A DNA stretch of 64,000 nucleotides, taken from the NCBI RefSeq assembly GCF_009914755.1, contig NC_060947.1; one strand, written 5' to 3'. Made by a program: the position numbers and the translations under genes. Positions within the stretch are counted from its first letter, which is position 1. Every line of letters starts with the position of its first letter. Shown here one piece after another: positions 11,301 through 25,780 of this stretch. The notes beneath the pieces were generated by a model. That model ran no database searches and had not been told where the DNA came from. It worked only from the letters and a program-made list of their open reading frames with translations. Source of the stretch: the human T2T-CHM13v2.0 reference genome, Homo sapiens.

Positions 11301-14300
11301 AGATATGTCTTCAAGAGATGAAGGAGTTTCTTACCTTGGTTTGAACTTGGAATTCAGCAGGCATCCAGGTAGCATGGATGGGTCCTGAAATGATACAGGT
11401 GACCAAAGGACTTTGCAGGTGTTCAGGTATCTGAAGATACTTACCAAGCACATTTTCCACAATACCAGATGCATTTTCCACAATGTGTTTTTCAGATCCA
11501 AGTCAAGACATCATAGTGAGTCTGTGAAAGGTAATCAGGGAGTCTGTGAAAGATGGGATGTTGCCGGTATCAAGGCAAGAGATGGTGTGGGACAAAAGCA
11601 CAGCACAGCACAGCCCATCTGATCATCATGTGCATAGGTAAGTGATGACAGCGCCCCAAGCACTTCTTTATTGCCTTTTCCATGATTTTTTGGCAGGGGT
11701 TCAGGAAAAAAATCATAGAACCTGTATCAATTCTAGAAACCGTGAGTCTTTACTTTTCATATATTAGGGAACATGTATGGCAGACTCTTTGAGTTTGAGG
11801 GATTGCATGTATCCAGGCAATGATCATGGTGATTTTCACTACAGTAGAAACCACGTAATTTTTTAGGCTTCCTCTCAAGAAATGATAGTTTGATATGACA
11901 ACAGTGTTGTCCTTGGAATACTGCAAATGTCCAGGTACAGATGATTTGTCTCATAAGGACGGAACTCTGCAAGGTTATTTGCAAGTGTCCTCCTGGAAAA
12001 CATGGCATCCTTTAACACATATTCACATTGTGTTTCAGGTTCCTGTGAACTGATTGTTATGAAACTAAAAGTGGATGTTAATAAAAACATTTCTGCTCTA
12101 AGTAAGTGATGATGCACACCCTAACCAATCATGAATCATCTGATTTTTATATATCTAGGTAAGTTTTACCATTTGATTTTTGGTACGTAGTCAGGCAAAA
12201 CATGATAGCATTTTATTAATTCTAGCAGACGTGTTAATCCAGAGTTTGTATTTCACAGAAAATTTACATTTAACCAGGTGAGTGGTCAATGATTTCCATG
12301 TGTCCTTGAAAATATCTTGTGGCTCCCCATCAGGGTAGCAACCATGGGATATTATCAGCTGTGCAGTTATCACCACCCATGATGGTGTCTCTAACAAAGA
12401 TATGTTGACCTTGAATTGAAGCAAGTATCTAGGTAGAGTTGATGTGTATTCCAAAATAATGGAAGCATACAAGGTTGTAGGCAAGTGCCCGGGGAGAACA
12501 AGTTGTGACCTTAAACACATTTGTCTTATATGATGTTTCAGGTTCTTGTCAAAACTATGAGGTGAATCACATAATGCTCAGTAATGAAACATTGCTTGTA
12601 AACAGGTAGTGATAACTGTTTGCGTCCTGTAATGGGGGTAATTACACAATGCAGAGCGTTGGATTTTCTAGGTAGGTAAAAAGGGATCCCTAATGCTTAA
12701 GCTACTGTGTATTTTGTAGGTAATCCATTCAGGTTTTTGGGCTAGTATACAGCTACCAGATAAGGTTGTATTAACATGTAAAACACCTTGGTATTTTCGG
12801 ATATCAACTTTATTAATGTTTTACACAATATTAACTTAAACTTGTTTTTCACATTTATGCAGTTAAAAATAAATATGCCTCTAGTAATACAAATAATCAA
12901 GAGAATTTATTGCATGTCTTGACAGATAATGAGTATTGAACACTTACAGAGCTACACAAATCCACAGGCATCTGGATTAACAGTATTGTCCAAAACCATG
13001 AAATTAACAACTGGAATTATGCAGGGATCTAATCAAGAAAGTACAAGGATTCTTAAAAGGCGTTTTCCTCAAATTTCTACAAGTATTGAGGTACCTTTGA
13101 TGATTACAAAAATAATAAAAGGGACCAGAAAAGATTGGAGGTATATAGGTAGAATGATACGTGTACCAGTCACACTGTTCACAATATATATTTCAGATTT
13201 ACATTAACATATCGCAGCAAGCCTGTCAAAGCTAGGTAACATGGGACATTGCTGGCAGAGGTAAGTGCTGATGCGGGCCTTAACTACAGCCCGCAGCGTG
13301 GGACTGTCACAGAGACTAGTTCAGTGATGATGTGTCCCTAAACGTCATCCCGCCATGATTTTTTCCCAGGTATTCAGGTGAGAAATGATTGAGTCTTAAC
13401 CAATCTCAGATAGGCTAGGTTTTCTAATTTTCTCTTTCACCGAAAGTGTATGCTGACCCTGTGAGTGTTGAGGGATTGCAAGTAACCAGGTATTTATCAC
13501 TGTATTACCCACCCCCATACTGCCCCTGGGATTTGTGGAAGTGTCCAGTTGTGAAACGGTGGTTTTCTGCTATCAGGGTCGACCTAGGATTACTGCAAGT
13601 ATCCAGGTCGAGTGGTGTGTCCCATAAAGCTGGAAGAACTCAAGGTTCTTTGCAGGAGTCCTGGTGGAAAACCCTGTGTCCTTCTACGTATATGTTTTCA
13701 TGCCTATTTCAGCCCCTGACCGTGACATCACAATGAGTATGATACAGGTCTGGAGGTCAGCACTGATGAGGACTGAAAGCAACGCACGGGCCACGTAAGG
13801 TTCAGCAGTCTAGGAAAGTGATGATGGTGTCCATCCTTCCTGTTGTTCCCATGATTTCACTTCAGTTGTCCTAGGAAAAAATGGTAAGACTCCCTGGCAT
13901 AGTAAACTGTGAGTTTTCCCTCTGCATATTTCAGAGACAATGACTAACCCTGTGAGTGCAGTGGGACAGCAAATACCAGGTAATGATCTGGCTTTCCCAG
14001 CCACAGCAGTGACCGTAGACATTTTGCAGGTGTCCTGTAGAGAGAAATGCTGTCTTCTGGGACCACGGCCCTGAGCTTGGGGACCCTGTCAGCATCCAGG
14101 TAAGAGTCTTTCAGTGATGGATGTGAGCATCGTGATTTGCAGGTATCCTGTTAGAACAGCTTGTGTGTTTCTGAGGCATATATCTCAGTTTATGCTTTCC
14201 AGGTTCCCGGGAGGAAATCCTAACTAACCAGAGACACAATCAGGGGACGTGTCTGCTATCTGGGTAAGTGATGGTATGTGCTGTAAACTCAACACAGACC

Positions 14301-16645
14301 ATTTGATCTTAATGTATTAGGTCAGTGAGGTTCCTTTCCCTGAACGGTTTACCATGTGATGGGTTTATGGGTGTTCTGGTAAGAAAGGGTAGTAGCTCCC
14401 CGTTCTCATTGCCATGTGATCCTGTTGTTTTCAGTCCAGGAGAGAACGTATGAGGTATGTACCCTGTGAGTGCTGATTGATTGGCACGTGCCCAGGGAAT
14501 TCACATGGCACTGTGCATCACAGGAGTAACCATGGTGGCTTTGCAGAGAAGCGGGCCAGAGAAAATAGCATGTCCTGCAATGGCCTAGACCTTGGAGGAC
14601 CTGCAAACATCCAGGTACAATTTTGGCTCCCACAACGATGATCGTGAGCAGGCGGTTTTCATGGTCCTAGTGGAAATGCTGTGTCCATAGACACATTGGT
14701 CACATATGTGGTTTTAGGTTCCCGTGGAAAGGTCACAGGAAACCTCTTCGTGCTTGAGCGGAGGACTGTGCCTGTATTTAGGTGGGTGATGGCGTGGGCC
14801 TAAGCAGGCCACGGACTATCCGATCTTCCCATACACAGGTAAATGCAGATGGCTTTCTGGCTCTTGTCCCTGTCCTGCCATGGGTTCCTCGGCTCATTTT
14901 CTGTTCTTTATTTTCTGCAGTTATTCAGTTAAGAAACGATGCTTTGCCAACCAAGACTGGTAAGCATTAGTCCTTGCTATGTTCAACTTTAGGAAAATGT
15001 GCCTTGAACCTGAGTCCGTGTTGACTGAGGGAGATGTGGGTGTCCAGGTAAATTATCCTACTCTACCAGACCACAGGATGGAATGATAGTTCTGACACAT
15101 CCTCAGTCCAGAGTCAATAATGGTGCCAGCAGTGGGGTGGAAGTTGGAGTTCTGCCAGGATCTAGGTAAGGCCGATGGTTCCCAGATGATGGCAGTGACC
15201 AGGCTGTGTAGTGCATATCTTTTTCGTCTTTCAGGTACGCCAAGTGGCATCCCGGAAAACACCTGTCAGATGCATTTCTTCTGCTGCTGCTAGTCATGAG
15301 ATCAAGGCCAGCCTGAGAACGGCCATTCAGGGGCCCTGGATTGTAACTGGTTAATTGATCACATGAGTCCTATGCCAGTACAGACCACCTGAACTTCAGA
15401 TTTCCTGGACAAAGAGGGCACTCTCCTTGACACACTGTTTTTCCCATGGTTTCCTGCAGGAGTCCCGTAAAGTTCTCTTCCTGTAGAGAGGTAGGAGATG
15501 TTGTGACATTATCTCGTGAAAGACATTTTGTGTTTCCTGCATGTAGATAAAATTAATGACGGTTTTGAGTCTGGTAGAGTAACCTTGTGTTTGGCATATG
15601 TGTCATTGGGAAAAAATAATTAGTGATTCCCAATGCCAGTAAGCATGAGATTTTACTGTTTGCTTATTCAGAGGTAAGGCTTTGTTTGTTTGTTTTTTGC
15701 AAATTTCACACTCCACGCAATAGACAGATATGCCAATGCCCAGGTAGTTGATCATATTGTCTGTCACCCAGATGTGGACTGTGGTGTTTCTGCAGGTATC
15801 CCTTGTAGACTGTAGCCTCAGAGTTCTTCTGTTATCCAGGTAGCCTTGATGAGTCGTGAAATGATGCCAGTGAACAAGAGTATTTGTGATTGTCCTTGTA
15901 GCATAGGTTGTGGACCAAGCAGTTTCCATAATATGTCTTTCAGATGTGTGTCAGGGCATCACAGCAGGCCTTTCAATCCTAGGTAATGTGGGACATTGCT
16001 GGGTGAGGTAAGTGCCACAGCCTGCAGTGTGGGACTGTTACAGAGACCTAGTTCTGTGATGATGTGTCCCTACATGTCTTCCCATCGTGATTTCTTTCCC
16101 AGGTATTTGGGAGAGAAATGATTGAGTCCTTACCAATCCCAGGTAGGCCGAGTTTTCACATTTTCTGTTTCACCAAAAGTATATGCTGAACCCTGAGAGT
16201 GTTGAGGGATTGCAGGTAACCAGCCAGGTATTTATCACTGTGTTCCCCACCCCTGTTCTGCCAATAGGATTTCTCCTGGTGTCCAGTCAAGAAATAATGG
16301 ATTTCTGCATAGATTTTGACCGTGTATCACTGAAGTTGTGCAGGTAGATTTGATATGTCTCATAATTGTGGAAGTAGCTAAGTTTATCTGCTGTTTTTCT
16401 GATGTACAAACTTGTGTCCTGAAACATATTTTTCGTAGTGTGTTTTTGAGATCCTATTACAGAGATGAAGATTAATCTAACCTTGGTTTTCAGTGGCAGA
16501 TACTTATGTTACTAAGTGCTGATGTGAACCTAAACCAAAAAACAGCCTATGAATATCGTATTTCTTGATAAGAGATGAACATGGCTCTTACACTTGTCAT
16601 TACTATGATTTCTTTCAGATATTCCGATAAGAAATGTAGAGTCCT

Positions 16646-16961
<316 letters not shown>

Positions 16962-16980
16962 TCAAAGCCAAGGGTTTTTC

Positions 16981-17020
<40 letters not shown>
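16981..17020. repeat. (CT)n(TA)n compound microsatellite
   Basis: Directly visible. Confidence 0.95.
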
Positions 17021-17021
<1 letters not shown>

Positions 17022-17040
17022 AATTTTTTTGAAAATTCAG

Positions 17041-17650
17041 TTATCTTTTATTTAAATTATATTTTAAGTTCTCAGATACATGTGCAGAAAGTGCAGGTTT
17101 GTTACATAGGTATGCATGTGCCTTGGTGGTTTGCTGCACCCATCAACCCGTCATCTACATTAGGTATTTCTCCTAATGCTATCCCTCCTGTAGCCCCCCA
17201 CCCCCTGACAGGCCCCGGTGTGTGATGTTCCCCTCTTTCTGCCCATGTGTTCTCATTGTTCAACTCCCACTTATGAGTGAGAACATGTGGTGTTTGGTTT
17301 TATGTTCCTGTGTTAGTTTGCTGAGAATGATGGTTTCCAGATTCATCCATGTCCCTGCAAAGGACATGAACTCATTCTTTTTTATGGCTGCGTAGTATTC
17401 CATGGTGCATATGTGCCACATTTTCTTTATCCAGTCTATCATTGATGGGCATTTGGGTTGGTTCCAAGTCTTTGCTATTGTGAATATTGCTGCAATAAAC
17501 ATACGTGTGCATGTGTCTTTATAGTAGAATGATTTATAATCCTTTGGGTATACACCCAGCAATGGGATGGCTGGGTCAAATGGTATTTCTGGTTCTAGAT
17601 CCTTGAGGAATAATCAAAACCACAATTAGATACCATCTCACGCCAGTTAA
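17041..17650 (-). mobile_element. 5'-truncated L1PA 3' end with a short inverted 5' segment
   Basis: Antisense L1 3' UTR plus ORF2 C-terminus (ORF 17260-17562 ...KDTCTRMFIAAIFTIAKTWNQPKCP...); sense L1 piece AAAACCACAATTAGATACCATCTCACGCCAGTTA at ~17617-17650. Confidence 0.93.
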
Positions 17651-20215
17651 ATTAGTCCTCTTTATATTTTAAGAAAACATTTGTTTTGCCCTGTGAGTGT
17701 TGTTGGATTGCACATATTCAGATTATCATGAGATATTCCCATCTGCTGTAGTAAACGTGGAAATTTTGAAGGTGTCTGACAATAGTTTTGGTCCTGGAGT
17801 ACTAAAAGTATCCAGATAGAGTTCATGTTTTCCATAGTGATAAATGCAACCAAAGCTATTAGCAAGTTGTACTGCTAGAACATGTTACGTGTTTTTTACA
17901 CATATGTCATAATATGTTTTTCAGATTCCTGGAAGAAATCCCAATGAACAGGGGTCATTATCAGGCCACATTTCTGGTATCTGTGGTAAGTAATGATGTT
18001 CACTTTAACCCCATCACAGACCATTTGATCTTCATATATCTAGGTAAGTGATGTCTGTTTACGTGAACTGTTTATCATGTGCTTTTATAACAGTGATTTT
18101 TGTAAGTAATGACAGTATTTCTAGTTCTAGTGACCATGTTATATTGTTTTTAATTTAGAGAAAACTTATGGTTTACGCTGTGAGTATCAAATGATTTGCG
18201 TGTACACAGATAACAACGTGGTGTGCTTCATAGTAGTAACTGTGGTATCCTTGCAGATAGGTAGTCAAGAAAAAATGGTGTGTCCTTCAAGGTTGTAGAC
18301 CTTGGGAATACTGCAAAATTCCATGTAGATTTATGTCTTCTGCAATGATGACAGCCAACAAGTTATTTGCAGGGTTCTGGTGGAAGAGTTGTGTCCACAG
18401 ACACATTTGTCATAATGTGGTTTCAGGTTCCTCTCAAGGGGTCATGGGAAACCTCATCATGATCAACAATGGGACATTGCTGGTATCCAAGCCAATTATG
18501 ATGTGGGCCTTAAACACCCTACAAAAATGTGATCTACAGAAATGTAGGTAACTGTAGATGGTTTTCCTAATTTTTGTGTTGCCATATTTTGTGCAGGTAT
18601 TTAGTTAAGGAATTATATTTTCCCAACCAACGCAGGTAAGCATCAGTCATTATTTTAGAGTTTAGTTATAATGTGTTTAGTCTTATAGTGAGGGAGGGAT
18701 ATGCAGGTATCCAGGTAAGTTTTCCTACTGTTTCCCACCACGTTATTGACCATGAGACTTCAACATCATCAAGAGATGATGGTGCCACTACATTGTTGAC
18801 ATTGAAGTCATGGCAAATCCAAGTAGTGTTGAAGGTTCCCTGCTGATGGAAGTGCCCAGAATTATTTGTGTCTTGTCTTTTTTTATGTAAAACAAATTGT
18901 TTCCTTAAACACACTTGAGCAATGTGTTTTTTAGTTTTCTGTAATGAGCTCACAATCAAGCTTAACAATAGTCATTAATGGAACCGTGCTGTAACCTGCT
19001 AATTGAGAAAGTGTGTTTCCCACAATCAGACCATTAGATCTTTATATTTCCATGTAAGTGAGGATGGTGTCCTTAACACTTGTCTACCATGTATTCCTGC
19101 AGGTATCCTGTTAAGTTCTTTCCTAGTATACAGGTAGAAGATTATGTGATATTAACACATTAGCAACCTTCCTATTTTCAGATATGTAGGTGATTAATGA
19201 TTTTTTTGAGACTCTTCTTGTAACCTTGTGTTTGTCATGCATGCAGTTAAGAAATTACTTTTTCCCTAACATTACTAGTAAGAGTGAGATTTTACTGTGT
19301 TCTTGTTTAGACATAATGTGTATTTATCAATTGTAGTGATATATGGATATGCGAGTATCCAGGTAATTTATCATATTGTCCATCACTGTAATGCTGAGAT
19401 TTTTGTAGGTATCACTTCAAGAGAGGAAAGTTTCTCTTACGAGTGTTTTCCCTTGGCATTATGCAAGCATCCAGTTACCTTTGATAGGCCCTGAAATGAT
19501 GAAAGAGACGAAGGGAATTTGCAGGTGTACAGGTAGAATGAGACATTTAGGAAACACATTTTCAACAGTATATTTTTTAGGTTCATTTGAAGAGGTCACA
19601 GTGAGCCTATCAGTAATAGTTAACAGGGGTCATTGCTCGTATGGATGTGCATGATAATGTGGGCCTAAAACACAGCCCAGCCCATCTGATCTTCCCTTAT
19701 ATAGGTAAGTGGTGGTGTCCCTAACACTTCTGTTACTATGATTTTGTTGTAGCTGTTCAAGTAAGAAATGATAGAGCTCTTACCAATTTAAAAAAACATT
19801 ATTTTTCTCACTTTTTATATTTTAGAATAACTTTATGATTAACCTCTGAGTTTTGAGTGATAGTGCCTATCCTGGTTATTGGTGTTTCTTACCACAGCAG
19901 TAACCAGGGGATTTTTACAGGTGTCCTGTCAAGAAATGACCGTCTTACCTGACAGTGGTATTGATCTTGCATTATTACAAGTATCCAGGTAGAGTTTATG
20001 TGTTCTGTAATGATGGAGTGACGAAGGTTATTTTCAGATGTCTTGGTGGAAATGTTTGTGTCCTTTAACACATATTTCACAATGTGTATTTCAGGTTTCT
20101 GTAGTGAGACCCTGATAAACCTAACAATGGTTGGTATGGCAGACATTTCTGGTATGCAGGCAAGTGATGATGTGTTCTTTAACCACATCATAGACCATCA
20201 GATCTTCTTATATCT

Positions 20216-20528
<313 letters not shown>

Positions 20529-21188
20529 TAAGTGTTATACATTTACCTAAACTTTTTTACTGTGTGATTTTTTTCCATAGGTACTCAAGTAAGAAATGAT
20601 AGTCTTTACTAACTACAGCAACCATGTTATCCTGCTGTTTTATATTTTAGAGAAAATTTATGTTTAACTTTGTGATTGGCGAGCTATTTGCTATCCAAGG
20701 AATTAACCATGGAGTTGCATGTCATAGTAGCAATTGTGGGTTTGTTTGCAGGTAAGTAGTAGAGAGAAAATGGTATCTGTAACAGTGCTATAGACCTTGC
20801 AGTACTGCAAGATTCCAGGTATACTTGATGGTTCTTGGAATGATGGTAGTGAATAAGCTTAATTGTGGGGTTCAAGGAAAAAAGCTGTGTCTACACACAT
20901 TTGTCATAATGTGTTTTTAGGATCCTGTCAAGAAGACATGGTAAACCTCATCATGATCAAGAATGAGACTTTGCTTGCATCCAGGTAAGTAATGACGTGG
21001 GCCTTAAGCAAGCACTCAGAAAACAATCTGATCATCAGATCTATAATTAAGTGTGGATGGTGCTTCTAACTTTTGTGTTACCATGGTTTTTTTGCAGGCA
21101 TTCAGTTAAGAAATGATGTTTTCCCAACCAAGGCTAGTAAGCATTAGCCCTTATTATTTTACAGTTTAGATATAATGTGTAGTATCTA

Positions 21189-21392
<204 letters not shown>

Positions 21393-22524
21393 CTATGCCG
21401 GTATCCAGGTGAGTTATCCTACTCTTCCACATTATAGTATGAACAATGAGATTTCTAAGTCAAGCGATGATGGTATCTCTAACATTAGTGTTGATCTCAA
21501 AGTTCTACTAAGATCGAGGTAGTGTTGGTGGTTCCTCTAATGAGGAAAATGACTGATACAAGTTGCAGGTGCCCCGTCCTTTTTTGCAGGTAAAACAGCG
21601 TGTTTCATTAAACACATTCATCATTGAATGTGTTTCTTCAGGTACCCATAGTCATGAAATCATAGTGAACCTAACAGTGGTCATTTATGTGTTCTTGGTA
21701 GTAACCAGGTCAGTGATAAATTGGGTCTTACCACACTACAGACCACCTGTTCTTCAGATTTTTAGGTAAGCAAGTATGGTCCCTCTAACACAGTGTTACT
21801 GTGTTTGTCTTTTTCAGGCTTCCCAAAAGTTGTTTGATAGTATACAGGCATGAGATGGTGTGACTCTAACTCATTAGATGCCTTCGTCTTTTCAGTCATG
21901 TAAGTAATGAATGGTGTTTTCAAGGCCGTTACATAAACCTTGTTTATGGCATGTATGCAGTTTAAAAATTAAATTATCCCTACTACTAACAGGAACCATG
22001 AGTTTTTAATGTATTTTTCTTTTGAGATAATGTGTATTTAACACTTGTACTGATAGACATATATGCAGGTATCTTGCTATTTTATCATATTGCTCATCAC
22101 CACATTATTGGCCATGGGATTTTTGGAGGTATCTGTCAAAGAGTAGACGGTGCCTCTTCCTATAGTTTGACTTTGTAGTTCTGCCCTTATCTAGCTTTTG
22201 TGGGCCCCAAAAGATTCAAGAAACCAAGGGAATTTGTAGCTGTACAAGTAGAATTAGACTAGTACCAAACCCATTTCCCACAATGTGTTTTCCAGGGTGT
22301 GTCAAGAGATCACGGTGAGCCTATCTACGGTAATTAATATGTGATATTGCTGGTTTTGAGGTAAATGATGATGGAGAGACCTAAACCAGAGCACAGATTA
22401 CCTGATCTTCATATAGATACAAGTGATGGTTGTGTCCCTAACACTTGATGTTACCATGATTTCTTTTTAAATGTTCAGATAGGAAATGATAGAGTCTTTA
22501 CCAATTCTCAAAACCACGAATTTT

Positions 22525-22710
22525 CCCTCAGCCTCCCGAGTAGCTGGGACTACAGGCACGCGCCACCATGCCCAGCTAAATTTTTGTATTTTAGTAGAGA
22601 AGGGGTTTCACCGTGTTGACCAGGATGGTCTCAATCTCCTGAACTCGTGATCCACCCGCCTCGGCCTCCCAAAGTGCTGGGATTACAGGCGTGAGCCACC
22701 ACACCCGGCC
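22525..22710 (-). mobile_element. 3'-truncated Alu at the array boundary
   Basis: Antisense left arm plus part of the right arm; no poly(T) tail. Confidence 0.9.
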
Positions 22711-23924
22711 TCCTATTTTCTTTATTGAAAACCTGAGACCAATTGAAAAGCAATAAAACAAGCGTTCGAGAGCTTCTTTAAATCAATACAAGAGCTTCTT
22801 TAAGTGGAAATATATATCCAGTTGGTCAGACTCTCCATCATACACTTTGCTTTTTGTTGAAATTCAAAATAAAACTTTCTTTAAGGAAGCCTGGATCTCA
22901 GTCTTAAACCCCTAGCTATAAATGTCTCCAACAAAGGGGAAGGGAAGCAACCTAGTCTGAATTTTAATTCAGCCAAATGGGAAACCCATGACCTTCCATT
23001 CTCCTCTGATTTTACCATTCTTCTAGGATCCATTTCACAGCTATTGTTCATCTGGGTATAGAATCACTGCTTTGTATTTCAACACCATTGAAAATATGTC
23101 AGACCAAGACCCGTATAGTATAATTCTGCTGGAAAATAGAAGTTAAAGGGGTTAACCTGTAGTAGTAGATTAAGATAGTTATGGAAAAAAGGTTAAAGAA
23201 ATGAGGGTTTAAAAAGCTTTCAACAAGTTGCTGTCACCTCTGGGCCATCCACATAGTAGGTACTCAATATGTGTTGAAGTAAATGAATGCTTCTTTATGG
23301 ATTGGCTCATTCAACAACCATTCTTTCTTTCAGCATGTGATGGAAAGAAAGCTATCAACTTCATTCCTGAGACTTCCTGCAACACAGGTGGGTGAGCATG
23401 ATTTAGGTTCCACCATCAGATGTTCACATGTAACCTCTATTGGAACTGAGCCATGGGTAGAAAGGCAGGAGAGTGGACATATATTTTACTAGCATGGATT
23501 GTGGCAGGGGTACCATGGTTCTGGCTACATATGTTTGAGGAGCTTGGAGTTCATAAAACAGAGGCAAGCCAGAGCTAGAGATGTAGCTTAGGGTCAGATA
23601 TGTTAAAGAAAACATTCTTTCATTTTTCCATTTTTGCCTTTTAGTTTTTGAAAATTTTACAGATAATGTTACAGGGATAAAAGAAATTGAAAAAGAAAGA
23701 AAAAACCATTATACCATCACTAAAATATATAAACACTTTATTTTTCCCTGTTATCAGTCATTACCCACATTTATACATATCATATAGGGAACATAAGGTT
23801 CATATAATTTTCTGATTTCTTTCTCTTAAAATGACATTGTAAATATATACACTCATATTTAATATATGGAAAAATGCAAAAATGACAAGGAACATTTAAA
23901 CGTGTAAATCTATGCATATAGAAG

Positions 23925-24640
23925 TCATTTGTTCATTTAACAGTAGGTACCTACTGGTAGTAGGTACAATTCCCTGCTTTGATGATCAACAGTGAAGAAA
24001 CCACACAAAGTTCATGCCTAAGGAAGATTACATTCTCTAATGGGTTCAACTCCAATGATCCATACATTCTTGTGTCCCTGGGAGAGTCTCACCTTATTTC
24101 ATTGTCTCATTATAATTATTAATAGCTCTCACTCTCAAGAGTGTCTCAGTTTGGATAATACATTACATAGTCACCCTGGACATAATAGAGAATATAGAGG
24201 TGAGGACATATATTAACTGCAGAGTAATAAGTGCTATAAAAATATCCATTCCAGCTGGACACTGAAGATGAAAAAATAGAAATTTAAATGTTTTTAACTT
24301 AAAAATAAATATCCTAAAGTAAGGTGACAGTAATTTGGGGAAAGGACTTCTTTCAATTGGGTGGTCAGGGCAGTTCTTTCTGAGGGGAGCACAGAATGAA
24401 TGACAAGAAGGAGCCAGTCGGATAAAGAGTGAAGGTGTAAGCATTGTAAGAACAGCAAGGGGAAACGACATATCCAGAGGACAGAGAGAGGCAGTGTGGA
24501 TGAAGGGCAGTGTGCAGGGATGGAAGTGGCCCAAGGGGAGGCAAGGGCTAGGTTTTTAAGGCCCTGCCTGTCGTGAGGAGGAGCTTGGGTTTCCTTTGAA
24601 ATGCAATGGACAGTCTTTAAAAGAGAGCAGAGTGACCTCA
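23925..24640 (-). mobile_element. L2 fragments
   Basis: TCATTTGTTCATTTAAC start and typical antisense L2 text (GGTGGTCAGGG...TCTGAGG, GAAATGCAATGG). Confidence 0.55.
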
Positions 24641-25452
24641 CTTACTTGTCTGTGCCAAATGTCTTCAAACCCATAGGCCAGAAAATCACTCTCTGATGAA
24701 GCTCTCATATTTAAAAATACTGTGTCTCCTCCAATAAAGCCACAGACACCAGGATTCTTTGGAAAAATATGTTTTTTACCAACACTGGAATGAAAGATAA
24801 ATTATTACATGAAACATGAAGCTTAAAGTTCTCAGAAGCAGATATATTTATAACTTTTTCCCCTAACGTATTGAAAGATAAAGTGCTGAACTTTAGAACT
24901 TTATAACAGACTCACAAATAAATGCAAGGCTTCATGAGTTTTATCAAGCTCTCCTCTTGTCATCAGTGATGGTAGTGAAGGATTATACAGTTTGAAGGTA
25001 GTTGGGACAAGTCTCCCGACAAGGGAGTGGTGACTTGGGACTAACTAACTGAAGAGGGAGGGAAGGGCAAGATGCCAGAAATCTGGTGGAAGACCTTGGT
25101 AGTAGGTATTCCAGCAGCTTCCAGATTCTTTCTGAGGCAATTTAAAGAGATGCAGCTCAGAGGTGCAACTCCATCCTGCTAGGCTTGGTCTTCTAAGGCC
25201 CAGCACTTGGCCACACAGGTTATGCAGCACACCAGAATGCCAGGCTGTAAAAGCTAGATCGAGGGCCAAATTCCAGGTCACACCCTGCTTACCAAACCAT
25301 GCCAGCTCGAAGGGACACCTCCTCAATTCAGCTCTGCTTTACCTCTCTGCTTATGAATTCCAAGCTCCTGATACACATCTGGTCAGAACCATGGTACCCC
25401 TCCACAATCCACGCCAGGAAATTGGATGTCTACTCCCTGCCTTTCTTCCCAT

Positions 25453-25780
25453 TGTTTGGGGACTTTTCCTTAGTTCAGCTGAAGACGGGGTCCTTGTCAC
25501 ACGGCCACGAAAATTTAGGCTTGCAGATTATTTGAAGGGTGAGTAGGGCACGGTTTTATTGGGTGAAAAGGAAGAAAAGGAGAAAAGAGACACCTAGCAA
25601 AGCAAGAGAGTGTGCTTCCTGCCCGTGGGCTTCTCAGGTACCACCGAGGAAGAGGAGGGGCAAGGCTCCTCTCCCCTGCAAAAGCTGGACGTTCTGTGGC
25701 TCCACCCCACTGCGCGCTCCTTCCAGTGTGCAGGTCGGTCGGAGGCTCTGCCAGGGAGCCCTTCCCACCTGGCTGTCTCA
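25453..25780 (-). mobile_element. ERV1 solo LTR (MER61-like)
   Basis: TG...CA termini, 4-bp TSD CCAT (25449-25452 and 25781-25784), TTTATT poly(A) signal on the minus strand, minus-strand start TGAGACAGCCAGGTGGGAAGGG. Family name is from memory. Confidence 0.8.

Noticed and set aside
17260-17562. 100-aa ORF
   Set aside because: C-terminal remnant of L1 ORF2 in a truncated element.
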